The translations under genes and the position numbers were made by a program. A DNA stretch of 64,000 bases from Leucoraja ocellata (Eukaryota), in NCBI GenBank assembly GCA_036785375.1, contig JAWMAR010000023.1:4030001-4094000 (forward strand), given 5' to 3'. Positions 12,758 through 23,410 of the stretch are shown here, piece after piece (position 1 is the stretch's first letter; each line of letters starts with the position of its first letter). The notes below the pieces were generated by a model. It had not been told where the DNA came from and did not search any database. It worked only from the letters and a program-made list of their open reading frames with translations.

Positions 12758-13677
12758 CACTTCAAAGAGTACTTGACTGGTTGTAAAGGACGTCCATGCG
12801 TTGTGAAGGGGGCTATAGACATGCTAATTATTTCTCTATTAACATGTGTAGATATAAACAAGTGTCTTTTGACAGAAGTCAGCTAACGTGCACAGTGAAG
12901 CTTTCCCACCGCATTTCGTCTCGTCTGCTGCTACCCCGATAAAAACAAGCCCTGGCGGCGGCTCTGCCATTCTAGGGGAGATCACCCCTTAGAAAGTTCA
13001 CAAGTGATAGGATCAGAATTAGGCAATTCGGCCCATCAGGGTCCACTCCGCCATTCAATCATGGGCGATGTATCTCTTCCTCCTTCACCCCATTCCCCTG
13101 CCTTCCACTCATAACCACCGACACCTGTACTAATCAAGAATCTGCAAATATATAAATATCCATTGACTTGGCCCCCACAGCCGCCTGTGGCAACGAATTC
13201 CACGGGTTTACCACCATAATGTGAATGTGACCTTGCTTATTGATTGGTATCACAAACCATCTCCATTCTCGAAGATAGCCACAAAGTGCTGCTGTAACTC
13301 AGCGGGTCAGGCAGCATCTGTGGAGAAAAGAGATCTGTTGAGATGCTGCCCGACCCGCTGAGTTGCTCCAACATTTTACTGAATTTGATGAGTAAGCAGA
13401 GCTTTTTGTGTCCATATTGTAAACCAGCATCTGCAGTTCTCCGTCCTCGCCTTTGTTAATAGCAATGGCCTCGCGTCTTCATTAAATGCCCTGGAACTTT
13501 GCGATACCACCTGCTATACCCGGAGTTCAGGCATTTCGCCAGACAGGCGGAGGGGGGGGGAGGGGTACATAAGCGCACAACCCAGCGCCAACGGTATAGC
13601 TTCGAGGAGCAGTGCTAAATGTTTTCAAACAGCGAGAGCTGCTGCCGGGTGGGCGGGGGGGGGGGGGGGGGGGGGGG

Positions 13678-14019
13678 CACTGTGAGATTCCTGAGCAGAA
13701 AATTGTGATTGTGTCAGGACATGGAGATGATTAGCACGGCGCTGGCTTTGAGCGCGGAGCGTGAAACGGATTTGCCATTTACTACAGAGCGAGAAATGAG
13801 CGTTGAATAGCATCCCCACTATGACACTGGCCGCCAGCCCCGACCGCCCTGACACCCGCACACACTCGGCACCACCAATTTATCGCTTCATTTTCGCTGC
13901 GGGAGGGTCACCGCCGCCCAAGATGCGTTTCATTTGTCGGCGCAGAAGCGAAACTGATCAAAGTTACACACAAGTATCTGACTAGAGACGGGCGGCGCTT
14001 TGGAGAAAGCAACATTCCG
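13678..14019 (+). repeat. Island A, copy 2 (also duplicated at 12053-12395 across the gap)
   Basis: Same sequence CTGTGAGATTCCTGAGCAG...AAAGCAACATTCCG; lacks a 12-nt segment (TGATCCTGAC...) present in copies 1 and 3. Confidence 0.92.
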
Positions 14020-14460
14020 CCAATATTCTGGCGAACCTCCACTGTGGCCTTTCCAAATCCTCCACGTCCTTCCTGTATTAATACTCCAAGTAAAACCGGA
14101 ATAATACGACCATCGTGAGATTTGTGCTGTTGTTGTATTGAGTGAGATCCCTTTGATCTAGTGATGACTGCGGTGATGGGGAGAGGAAGCAGGGATTGGC
14201 GATTAATGACTATTATCGTGTCAATGATTAACCGGACTCACCAATTATTCCCCTTCAGACAGTTTATGAAATGACACAATTGCCCAACAGGGGTGTCCAC
14301 GATCAATGCATTACAAAGGCTATTGGTGCTTTGTCCGTTTTATTGTTCGCACCTGACCCCGAACATTAAGTGTAACATAATGTGAGTCCACTGACGCTAG
14401 AATCCCCCCCAATCATTGCCCTTTATGTGGAGGATACTTCATGCAGACAGAGACCCGCCC

Positions 14461-15000
14461 TATAAAATACACAACCATCCGGTGAAACTCAGTGGCCCCA
14501 GAGAATATCGATTACAAAGTCATATACAGACATGAATTGTGAAGAAGGGTCGTCCATTCCTTGTTTCCAGAGATGCTGCCTGTCCCACTGTGTACTCCAG
14601 TTATTTGTGATTATCTTCCATATACAGACATGTTGCTCTGTGTCAGCTCAGCTTCTCATCTACAGCCATTGTCACGTTATCACCCCCCCCCCCCCCCCCG
14701 GAACACTCAGTATTTGACATCAGCTACCGTGGTTATCTGGGACTAGGGGCGTTTTCTATTGTGGCCACTGAATTCGAAAGAGTGAAAAATAATAATTTAT
14801 TTTTCAGACTCACCAAAGGCGATGCAGCTTTCTGTAACCTACCTTAAATCCCGCGGTTCTCTCCGAAACGTATCCATGTGTCTCTTCCTGCCGGCAGACG
14901 GTAACACCGGGTAATTTCACCAAGGATTCGGACACCGTCCCAATGTCTCGTCCCCGGTTCGCTGTGTGTTGTTATTCACGCTGCTCCCGGGAGGCCCTTG
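14461..15000 (+). pseudogene. Decayed hes/her-like pseudogene, tail-to-tail with hes3
   Basis: TATAAAA at 14461 and ATG at 14532, immediately interrupted by a Penelope-derived repeat. 14806-14869 reads RLTKGD/[frameshift]/QLSVTYLKSRGSLRN (cf. KLEKADILELSVKY of HES3 helix 2). After a polypyrimidine-AG acceptor at 14897 the phase-1 frame reads DGNTG*FHQGFGHRPNVS (cf. DGAAQYQAGFRSCLNAVS in the neighbouring gene). GGGAGGCCCTTG at 14989-15000 matches 10/12 nt of TGGAGGCCCTGG (WRPW). Helix 1 was not found. Confidence 0.55.
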
Positions 15001-15040
15001 AAATACTCGGCAACTTTGGAAGAGCGGTGTGCGTGGGCCA

Positions 15041-15357
15041 CTGGTCCAGAACCAGGGGTCACAGTCTTAGAATAAAGGGGAGGTCATTGAAGACTGAGGT
15101 GAGAAAAAAACGTTTTCACCCAGAGAGTTGTGAATTTATGGAATTCCCTGCCTCAGAGGGCAGTGGAGGCCAAATTACTGGATGGATTTAAGAGAGAGTT
15201 AGATAGAGCTCTAGGAGCTTGTGGAGTCATGGGATATGGGGAGAAGGCAGGCACGGGTTATTGATTGGGGACGATCAGCCATGATCACAATGAATGGCGG
15301 TGCTGGCTCGAAGGGCCGAATGGCCTCTTCGTGCACCTATTTTCTATGTTTCTATGT
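15041..15357 (+). mobile_element. CR1/HER1-like LINE 3' end
   Basis: TCCAGAACCAGGGGTCACAGT...; ends in TTTCTATGTTTCTATG. Confidence 0.88.
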
Positions 15358-15794
15358 TCTTCGTTTTTCGTGTAAAAAAATGCACTGTTTCGAAATTGTC
15401 TTTAGCTTTCTCTCGCTAAAAGATGCAGGGATGCCAGGTGAATTTTAGCAGCACGTGCGGCATTAAACACAGGGGACCTAATAGCACTAATCTGATAACT
15501 ATCTGATTTTAAAGTCACCACCTGTAGCCAGATTATTAATTGAGGTCGGTGGGTTACTTACACTGCGAGTGTGCCCTCTGATCGTGGAGAATATTAAATC
15601 ACACGCGTTGCTGGGGGAACTCAGCGGTTCAGGCGTCAAATGTAGAGGGAATGGACTGAGGTCGTTCGGGTCGCGATCCTTCTTCAGTCTGCCCATCCCT
15701 CCAGAGATGCTGCCTGACCCGCTGAGTTCCTCCGGAACTTCGTGTTTTGCTCAAAATTCCAACATCTTCTTGGTTTCCAAAAAGCTTTTGGAAA

Positions 15795-15968
15795 TATATA
15801 TTTAAGAGGGAGTTAGATGTGGCCCTTGTGGCTAAGGGGATCAGGGGGTATGGAGAGAAGGCAGGTACGGGATACTGAGTTGGATGATCAGCCATGATCA
15901 TATTGAATGGCGGTGCAGGCTCGAAGGGCCGAATGGCCGACTCCTGCACCTATTTTCCATGTTTCTAT
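15795..15968 (+). mobile_element. CR1/HER1-like LINE 3' end
   Basis: Reverse complement of the 2400-2575 tail. Confidence 0.85.
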
Positions 15969-16026
15969 AAGGATCTTAAGATAGGAAGGTTACAAAAGGC
16001 TTGAGACGGAATCTAAAGAAAAATCC

Positions 16027-16032
16027 TTTATT
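16027..16032 (-). terminator. Candidate polyadenylation signal of hes3
   Basis: First AATAAA seen on minus (plus-strand tttatt) downstream of the stop, ~430 nt after it, in an AT-rich patch. Confidence 0.5.
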
Positions 16033-16098
16033 CCTTCTAGATATAGAATTAATATTCCAACAATTTTCTTACAAAGCAGTTACATACACTTATATACA

Positions 16099-16415
16099 AA
16101 GAAGGGTCTCGACCCGAAACTTCACCCGTTCCTTCTATCCAGAGAAGGTACACAAAAAATGCTGGAGAAACTCAGCGGGTGCAGCAGCATCTATGGAGCG
16201 AAGGAAATAGGCAACGTTTCGGGACGAAACGTTGCCTATTTCCTTCGCTCCATAGATACTGCTGCACCCGCTGAGTTTCTCCAGCATTTTTTGTGTACCT
16301 TCGATTTTCCAGCATCTGCAGTTCCTTCTTAACACTTCTATTCAGAGATGCTGCCTGCCCCCGCCGAGCTACTCCAGCATTCTGGGTCTATCTTCAGCAT
16401 CTGCAGTTCATCCCC
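16099..16415. mobile_element. Nested Penelope-derived palindromic elements in predicted hes3 3'UTR
   Basis: A young fold-back (arms 16144-16221 and 16225-16302) inserted into an older copy, flanked by CTTCTATCCAGAGA (16132-16145) and CTTCTATTCAGAGA (16335-16348). Confidence 0.8.
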
Positions 16416-16461
16416 TCACTAGTTCAGTACACGCTATGCACAGCGCAGGGGGGTGAGAGAG

Positions 16462-18746
16462 CTACCAAGGCCGCCACAGCTGTTCCAAGTCAGGGGAGGC
16501 TACACGGTTGGCGGGGGGTTTAGTTTGGGCAGCGACGGGCGCTGCGTCCTGTTCTTGTGCGGGGGTCTCTGGGCTGGGATTTTCAGTCGCCGAGATGTCA
16601 GCTACTTGCTGCTGGATGCTGTGTCGAAGCGCGGAGGCGGCGGTGGTTTTGGCCTCGGGCCCACACAGCTCGCCTTGGGGCTGCGCCGCCGGATTGACGA
16701 GAAGCCGGCCTTCGTTTCGGCTGCCGCCGTCCACCGCGCCGAAGCCGGAGCCGGAGCCGGAGAAGACGGGGAAAGCGGTGACCAGGTGGTTGAGTACGCC
16801 CAGCCGCAGGTGCTCCTCGGTGCCCTTGCTCCGCAGCAGGTACTGGCTGACTGCGTTCAGGCAGCTCCTGAATCCCGCCTGGTACTGCGCCGCTCCGTCT
16901 CTCGACATCCGCACCGCCCCTAAACACACACACACACACAGTCAGGGCCACCGCGCCAACACCTCCACTTATACCCTGCGCATAACACGTCCCAACTTCA
17001 GAAGATAGACACAAGGTGCGAGTAACTAACTCATCGGGTCGGCCAAGCATCTCTGGAGAAAAGGAATAGGTGACGTTTCGGATCGAAACCGTTCGAAGAC
17101 TTCTCCAGAGATGCTGCCCGTCCCGCTGAGTTACCCCCCAGCTTTGTGTGTCTATCTTCGGTTTAAAGCAGCATCTACAGTACCTTCCTACACCAACTTC
17201 GCTAGGGGTGTCCGAGGTACACACACACTCTCTCCCCCCCCCCCCCCCCTCGGCTCTACCCACGTCCGCTCACGGGAAAGTTGAACATCCCAGATGCGTT
17301 AACACTCCTCCTGAAATCCTCTCTTCAAATCCAGGTTCTTCTGTTGGGACCATTCGGCCCAACTGCTCAACCCTCTCCCCATTACCTCCACCACCCAGCC
17401 CCTGCTGACAATTCCATTCCATCCCCGCTCCGCTTCCCCGGTTTAATCCAGGCACTCGCTGATCCGACCCCCTCTCTTTTCCTCCATCAGCGATTAATCC
17501 GGGCAGCCCCCTTTCGCCCTGCCGTGATTTTTCTTTAATCCCATTCAAAGAACCATTCACCCACCCCTCTCCTCCGACCCTCCACTGGCCGTATACACCG
17601 CCAACACATACCACCACCCCGCGCCAATGTCTGTGCTGAGATAACACTCACCCTGTCGAGAACTCTGCAAATCCCTCAGATGTTTCACGGTTAATTCCAG
17701 GATGTCGGCCTTTTCCAGTTTGCGTTTCCTAATCTGTGGCGTAAAAACGTGAAGGGAACAAATGAGAGGGGCAGGGGTACTGAGAAGGAAAGCACTCGAG
17801 AAAAAAAAACTCAACACAAAACACTGGCGGCGCAGCGGTAGAACTGCTGCCTAAGTTACAGCGCCAGAGATCCGGGTTCGATCCTGAGTAAGGGTCTGGA
17901 CACATCCCATCTTTCCAGAGAATCTGCCTGTCCCGCTGAGTTACTCCAGCGTGTTGTGTCTATCTTCTGACTACGGGTGCTGTCTGTGGGGAGTTCGCAC
18001 GTTCTCCTGTGACCCACATGGGTTTTCTCCAATATTTTCGGTATCCTCCCACACTCCAAAGACTTGGAGGTTAATTGCCTTGGTGTAAATCTAACTGGTC
18101 CCCAGTGTGTGCCAGATGGGGGTCGCTGGGCTGTGCGGAATCGGGGCCGAAGGGCCTCTTTCCGCGCTGTATCTCTAAACTAAACCAAACTAAACACTTG
18201 GGCAGAGTTGGCGCGGCGGCGGGAGGTTTGGGTCCTCACGTTATTAGAGTAGTGGTCTTCCAGCAACGACTTCAGCTGTTCCAGGCACTCGTTGATCCGA
18301 GCCCTTCTTTTTTTCTCCATCAGCGGCTTTGAAATCTGCAAACAACAAACACGTTACTTTCTTTGCAATTTCCACAAATCAACACGTCACAAATCGAAGA
18401 CAGACTCGACCCGAAACGTCGCCTATTTCCTTCGCTCCACAGATGCTGCCTCGCCCGCTGAGTTTCTCCAGCATTTTTATCTACCTCCAAAATAAGGCCG
18501 AATGAAGTAACTCAGTTGGAGTTACTCCAGCTCGCTGTGTCATTCTTTGGCACAACCCAGCATTTGCGGTTTATCTGCCCGTCTCGCTGAGTTACTCCAG
18601 CATGTTGTGCCTATCCGCAGTTCCTCCCGACACACTTCATAAATCGGCTAGATTCCAGCACATCTCTCACCCACCTTCCTGTGGCCGCAGGTTTGTGTGG
18701 CGACTGGGAGCAAGAACCGACCCGCCGGCTTGTTGGTATTTTTCAT
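16462..18746 (-). CDS. hes3: Hairy/Enhancer-of-split bHLH-Orange repressor, HES3-like (4 exons, 235 aa)
   Basis: Exons read on minus: 18746-18675 (MKNTNKPAGRFLLPVATQTCGHRK), 18335-18240 (ISKPLMEKKRRARINECLEQLKSLLEDHYSNN), 17733-17652 (IRKRKLEKADILELTVKHLRDLQSSRQ+G), 16919-16462 (Orange domain YQAGFRSCLNAVSQYL ... LEQLWRPW*). All introns are GT-AG with consistent phases; total 708 nt. The bHLH (LKSLLExHYS-IRKRKLEKADILEL) is the HES3/her3 type. Confidence 0.93.
17003..17192. mobile_element. Penelope-derived palindromic element in hes3 intron 3
   Basis: Imperfect inverted arms GATAGACACAA...TTGTGTGTCTATC of the same family. Confidence 0.7.
17826..18195 (+). mobile_element. HE1/V-SINE-like tRNA-derived SINE in hes3 intron 2 (with internal Penelope-derived insert)
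   Basis: A-box-like GGCGCAGCGGTAGA, B-box-like GGTTCGATCC, V-domain GGAGTTCGCACGTTCTCC..GTGAC, and LINE-like tail GGGCCGAAGGGCCT...(CTAAA)n. Confidence 0.85.
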
Positions 18747-18854
18747 TTCACACTCTTTTTTGATTCCCCTTATAGTTATGGGTTTTTTTCCTGGGTGCGC
18801 TTGCTCCGCAAGAACAGGTGAGCGGTGAAATAGTCGGGAGCGCCGTTGGCGAGG

Positions 18855-19140
18855 GGTTTATAAAGTATCGCCACTTTGCATGTGAATGCAAGGAGTCGCC
18901 GCTCCCCGCAGCTGCCCGCGCCCCATTGTAACGCCGGCAGAGAGAGAGATTCCTTCATCATTATTCCTCCCACTGGATTTGAAACACGGAGCTGATCTGC
19001 CAATGGTCAGTTGGTACTCTTTTGCATTAAGTGTTCCTTCCTTAAGGCCCTTGATAGGATTATTCTCCATTAATCAACGTCCAGCAAAACAAACAAGTCA
19101 TAACCAATTAATAATTGAAACACCAACTGATCAAAGACAA
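18855..19140 (-). promoter_or_regulatory. hes3 proximal promoter
   Basis: TATAAA at ~18857-18864, about 110 nt upstream of the ATG; octamer-like ATGCAAAG at 18874-18881 (minus); second ATGCAAA at 19021-19027; Sox-type CATTGT near 18923; TCF-type CTTTGATC near 19129-19136. Confidence 0.65.
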
Positions 19141-19264
19141 CGGGAGATTCTGTGCCCACCGTTAGAGGCGGAAAGAAGTGCGATTTAAAAAATATTGGAT
19201 TCAAATTCCCATAAGATTACTAAAATGGAAATTGGTGATTCTTGGTGCATGAACTTTTGCAAAT

Positions 19265-19485
19265 ACTTTTAGGAGAAGTGGGGAAGATTTAATAGGAATC
19301 CGAGGGGTAACTTTTTCACACAAAGGGTGGTTGGTGGGTGTATGGAACGAAATGCCAGAGGAGGTAGTTGAAGCAGTTTAAGATCTATTGCAATGTTTAA
19401 TAAACAGTTAGATACGTATGTGGAAAGGACATGTTTAGAGGGATATGGACAAGTTGGCAGAAGGGTTTGTTTCCACGCTGTATGC
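19265..19485 (+). mobile_element. CR1-like 3' fragment between hes3 promoter and island A
   Basis: AGATTTAATAGGAATCCGAGGGGTAACTTTTTCACACAAAGGGTGG, same family as 40570-40885. Confidence 0.8.
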
Positions 19486-19510
19486 TAAACGAGGTGCATC
19501 ATGAGAGGCA

Positions 19511-19890
19511 AAGATTCCATGAAACAATATCGGAATGTTGCGCCCGCCCGTCTCCAGTTAGATACTTGTGTGTAACTTTGATCAGTTTCGCTTCTGCGCC
19601 GACAAATGAAACGCATCGTCAGGATCAGCATCTTGGGCGGCGGTGACCCTCCCGCAGCGGAAAATGAAGCGATAAATTGGTGGTGCTGAGTGTGTGCGGG
19701 TGTCAGGGCGGTCGGGGCTGGCGGCCAGTGTCATAGTGGGGGATGCTATTCAACGCTCATTTCTCGCTCTGTAGTAAATGGCAAATCCGTTTCACGCTCC
19801 GCGCTCAAAGCCAGCGCCGTGCTAATCATCTCCATGTCCTGACACAATCACAATTTTCTGCTCAGGAATCTCACAGCACCTCCCGCCCGG
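19511..19890 (-). repeat. Island A, copy 3 (inverted), ~0.8 kb upstream of hes3; candidate enhancer
   Basis: Reverse complement of copy 1; contains TCF-type ATCAAAG and Sox-type ATTGT motifs. Confidence 0.9.
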
Positions 19891-20254
19891 CAACGGCCGG
19901 CATAAGTTCCCTCTCAACTCTGTTAACTGTCTCCGCTCCTCATTGGGAACGCGTTTTGGAGTTGGATTGGACACGTTTTAATAATTAGGTTGTCCTCATT
20001 TGATCGAATCACCCTGGCCCGGACTCGCATGACTCGTCTTCTGGTCCGGGCAGTTTAGCAGTCTTTTAAATCTGACATATAAACAGAATTGTGAAGTAAC
20101 TCCGCCACGATCGGATAATTGGCATTTCCGAAGGGGTTCATTTACTGTCCACACAATTAGACATTCTTCTGTTTATCGATAGTTTCCTGCGGGCGCTCTC
20201 GCGGCCGGAGAGAGACTTCCATCATCATGCACTGGAGCGCCGACATGCCCGGAG

Positions 20255-20478
20255 ATGAAGATAGATACAAAATGTTGGCGTAACTCAGTGAGTCAGGCAG
20301 CATCTCCAGAGAAAAGGAATAGATGACGTTTCGGGCCGAGACGCTTCATCAGACTGAAGAACGGTCTCCACCTGAAAATCACCCATTCCTTTTTTTACAG
20401 ATGCAGCCTGGCGCTCTGAATTACTCCAGCATTTTGTGTCTATCTTCGAATCAAAGCAGCATCTGTAGTTTCTTCCTG
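20255..20478. mobile_element. Penelope-derived palindromic element with back-to-back hammerhead-like cores
   Basis: Minus strand CTGATGAAGCGTCTCGGCCCGAAACGTC (20352->20325); plus strand CTGAAGAACGGTCTCCACCTGAAAATC (20354-20380). Confidence 0.7.
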
Positions 20479-21208
20479 TCCAGTGTTGAAAATGCATTCG
20501 CCTCGCTCCCCCAATAGTTAGAAACTCCCTTCTTTGCCAATCCCCTGGTTCATTGATCACCTCAGGAGGCGATCACTGATGTATCTCGGCTTTGTGTTGG
20601 ATCGACTGCCACAAGATCTTAGTCCCCCCCCCTCACTTTCCAGCCTCTGAATGATACCCCAGTCGCCTTCCTCTCGCCGGCAAAGGCAGAGGATAGATAA
20701 CGCGTTGAGACAGTTCTCCCTCTTGTCATTTTCCACTTTCCAGTTAAATACCGAATTACTCTCGAATCTATCAACTCTCTTCTACACCCCATCCCTGACT
20801 GGTGAAGCCCAGCGTGCCCTCCTTCGCCTTCAGGTGTCTTGAATCTTGAGTAAAACACAAGATTGTGCTGGAGGAATCGGCTCTGAGTTGTGACTTGAGG
20901 AAGTGCGTGCTCCAACGCTCAAAGTTTGGAACGAAGATCGGCACAAAATGCTGGAGTCACTCCGCGGACAGGCAGCATCTCTTGAGAGAAGGAATGAGTA
21001 ACGAATCAGGTCGAGATCCTTCTCATGGTACTTAGTATTGTACCATTACCCCACAGATGGGTCTCCAGAGATGCTGCCTCTGCCTCTGAGTTACTCCAGC
21101 GTTTTGTGTCAATTTTCGGTGCAAACCAGCAGTTCCTTTCGACAACAACATAGTTTTTTGAAACGGTTGTATTGAACTCGCTGGAAGGTGAAAGTGACTC
21201 TCGGGCTG

Positions 21209-21907
21209 TCAAAGAACAGTTTCCCTTCTTGCTCTTTTTTTCGCGCAAGAAACCCCCAGAACAAAAGAAGCAATTTGCTGATCCGCAGCGAATCGGCGGG
21301 GCCCCGTTGCCCATATTATATGTGACCCAGTTCCCTGACAACAGCCTCCAGCGCGGACGGCGCCTCGCAGCGAGGAAAATCGCAGCAACGCCTCCGTGCC
21401 ATTGAGCTCCCACAGCCCCCAACCCGCGGCCACGGGGAGGGACAAGGTCGCCACACGGGACGCGCAATCAACGCGGCTGCATCTCGCCACCGATCCACTG
21501 GATACCGCGAGGAAAGTGGCGAGTGGGGAACGGGAGCGTGTTGCCACGCGTCAGGCCTTTGACACAAAGTGGAGACCAAACACAAGCTCGATGGACTCTC
21601 CCGGAGCTTGTTTAAGTCACCTCGAGTTTGATTAGAGGCATAAAGGGTGGGTCGGGTGTGAATGGGCGAGGAAGCCCCAACGAGCCGCATTAACATCACA
21701 CTGGGTGCGGGCACAGAGTGAAAGGGGCTGTGAAGAGGCAGCAGCGAGGTTGTAGCCGGCCCGGTACAACACTTCATTGGTCTTTGGAGGGCAGCAAACA
21801 CCAAGCGAGGCGGCCTTCATTCTTAAACATGAGCTGCCTTCAGTTGTTGTGGGCTGGATGTTGCGACATCTGGTCCGGGAGATTAAAGATACCGAGCAAA
21901 GTTCCGG
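21209..21907 (-). repeat. Island B, copy 2 (inverted), ~2.5 kb upstream of hes3
   Basis: Reverse complement of 8475-9168; the ORF track shows matching spurious peptides on opposite strands. Confidence 0.92.
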
Positions 21908-23404
21908 GAGAGGGCCCATGTCCGCGGTCCTCCCCGCTGGAGGCAACATCCGCCTACATGCAGAAGTGCTGGAGAACTCAGCGGGTCCGGCAGCATCCAC
22001 GGAGGCAATGGATCTACGGCGTTCTCGGTGTCCATGCCCTTCCCAGATGCCACGCACCCGCTGAGTTCCTCCAGCAGTTTGTTTTTTACTCAAGGTTGCA
22101 GCATGCGAATGAATGAACGATGAAATCTTTAAGATCACATCTGACAAGGCACAATTAGATTTTTTGCTTATATACCCAAGGTATGCAAATTGTCGCCAGC
22201 TAAGGGCACTGACACGCTAGGCCCCCATTTGTTCTCCCCCCCAGCAGCGGGTCTACACTCCACGTGGGCCATTGTTTGGCACCACCCCACCCACTACCGG
22301 GTCCTCTCCAGACCACTCCGGTGGCACTGACCCAGGCCCCAGCTGCATGGTTCTGTCCTTGCGGGCTCTGACCTCCCATTGAGTTCTGCGCTTCATGTTA
22401 AATCTGCTTGTGATCTGATCAGCATCCTCACCCACTCCATGGCTCGCCGGGAAGCCTTTCCCGAACCCTCAATACAAATTAAGGATCTCTCCAAGTGTTT
22501 ACTGAAAAAAAAAATGACCATTATGACCATTGGTGCCCTCTGAAAGAATTACCCAATTCTTCCTGCAGTGGCATTTATCGAAGTTGAGACGTTGTGTTGT
22601 AGTTGTACAAGATTGGTGAGGCTGCACTTGTATTGTGGTCAGCTTTGGTCACCCTGCTTCGGGAAAGATGCCATTATGCTGGAAAGAGTGCAGAGAAGAT
22701 TTACGATAGTGCCAGGACCAAGGGCCTGAGCTACAGGGAAAGTTGTGGGCAGGCCAGGACTCTATTCAATGCAGCACAGGAGGCCGAGGGATGATCTTAC
22801 ATAGTTGTATAAAACAGCAAATCTTTTTTCCCAGGGTACGGGAAAAATCCCATCATAGGAAAACGATTTGCAATATAAGAAAGGCCTTGGGATTAAGTAT
22901 AACAGGAATTTATAGTCTTTCCCTTCAAATGTTCTCCCTACATACTCATATTGAGTTCAATCATTCACATAGTGTTAGTAAATATCATATGACCCATCTC
23001 CTGCAACATCTCGCCATGTATACAAAATCCACCCATATCCATACTGCCAGTCTATAATTTTTCTTCTGTTCAATATTGGCATTTCTCATTGCCCAGAAGC
23101 AGGAGGGATAATTCAGAAAGGAGAGAACCATCCCGGCTTCTTTCATGATCTGCAAAACCACCACTGGGGCAACACTTCAACAAGATCACTTACGTTACAC
23201 GACCAACACCTTCAGGGCATTGGGTTTGTGATGCAATAAATGCCAGCCTTGTTCTGGAGAAAGACAACTAGTTTCTTAATCCTGACACCAGATGACTGCT
23301 CATTTTAAATGAAATTTCCTTGCATTTTCTTCCTCCAGCATTTCAAACCCATGTGTAGTGTGCACGCAACCTCATGAACGACAAGCCTTCAGATTGTGAA
23401 ATAT

Positions 23405-23410
23405 TTTATT
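23405..23410 (-). terminator. Candidate vamp3 polyadenylation signal
   Basis: AATAAA on minus at the end of a ~2.3 kb AT-rich stretch after the stop in which no repeats were recognised. Confidence 0.5.

Noticed and set aside
11144-14182. Tandem ~1.4 kb duplication (11144-12557 vs 12758-14182) giving a fourth copy of island A
   Set aside because: The copies end and begin exactly at a round 200-N gap and differ by a few SNPs and homopolymer lengths, which is typical of unmerged contig ends or two haplotypes.
16453-17263. Overlapping and antisense ORFs over hes3 exon 4
   Set aside because: Shadow ORFs of a GC-rich coding exon.
17826-17890. tRNA-like sequences (also 43371, 46895, 61322)
   Set aside because: They are SINE heads continuing into a V-domain and LINE tail; no complete cloverleaf.
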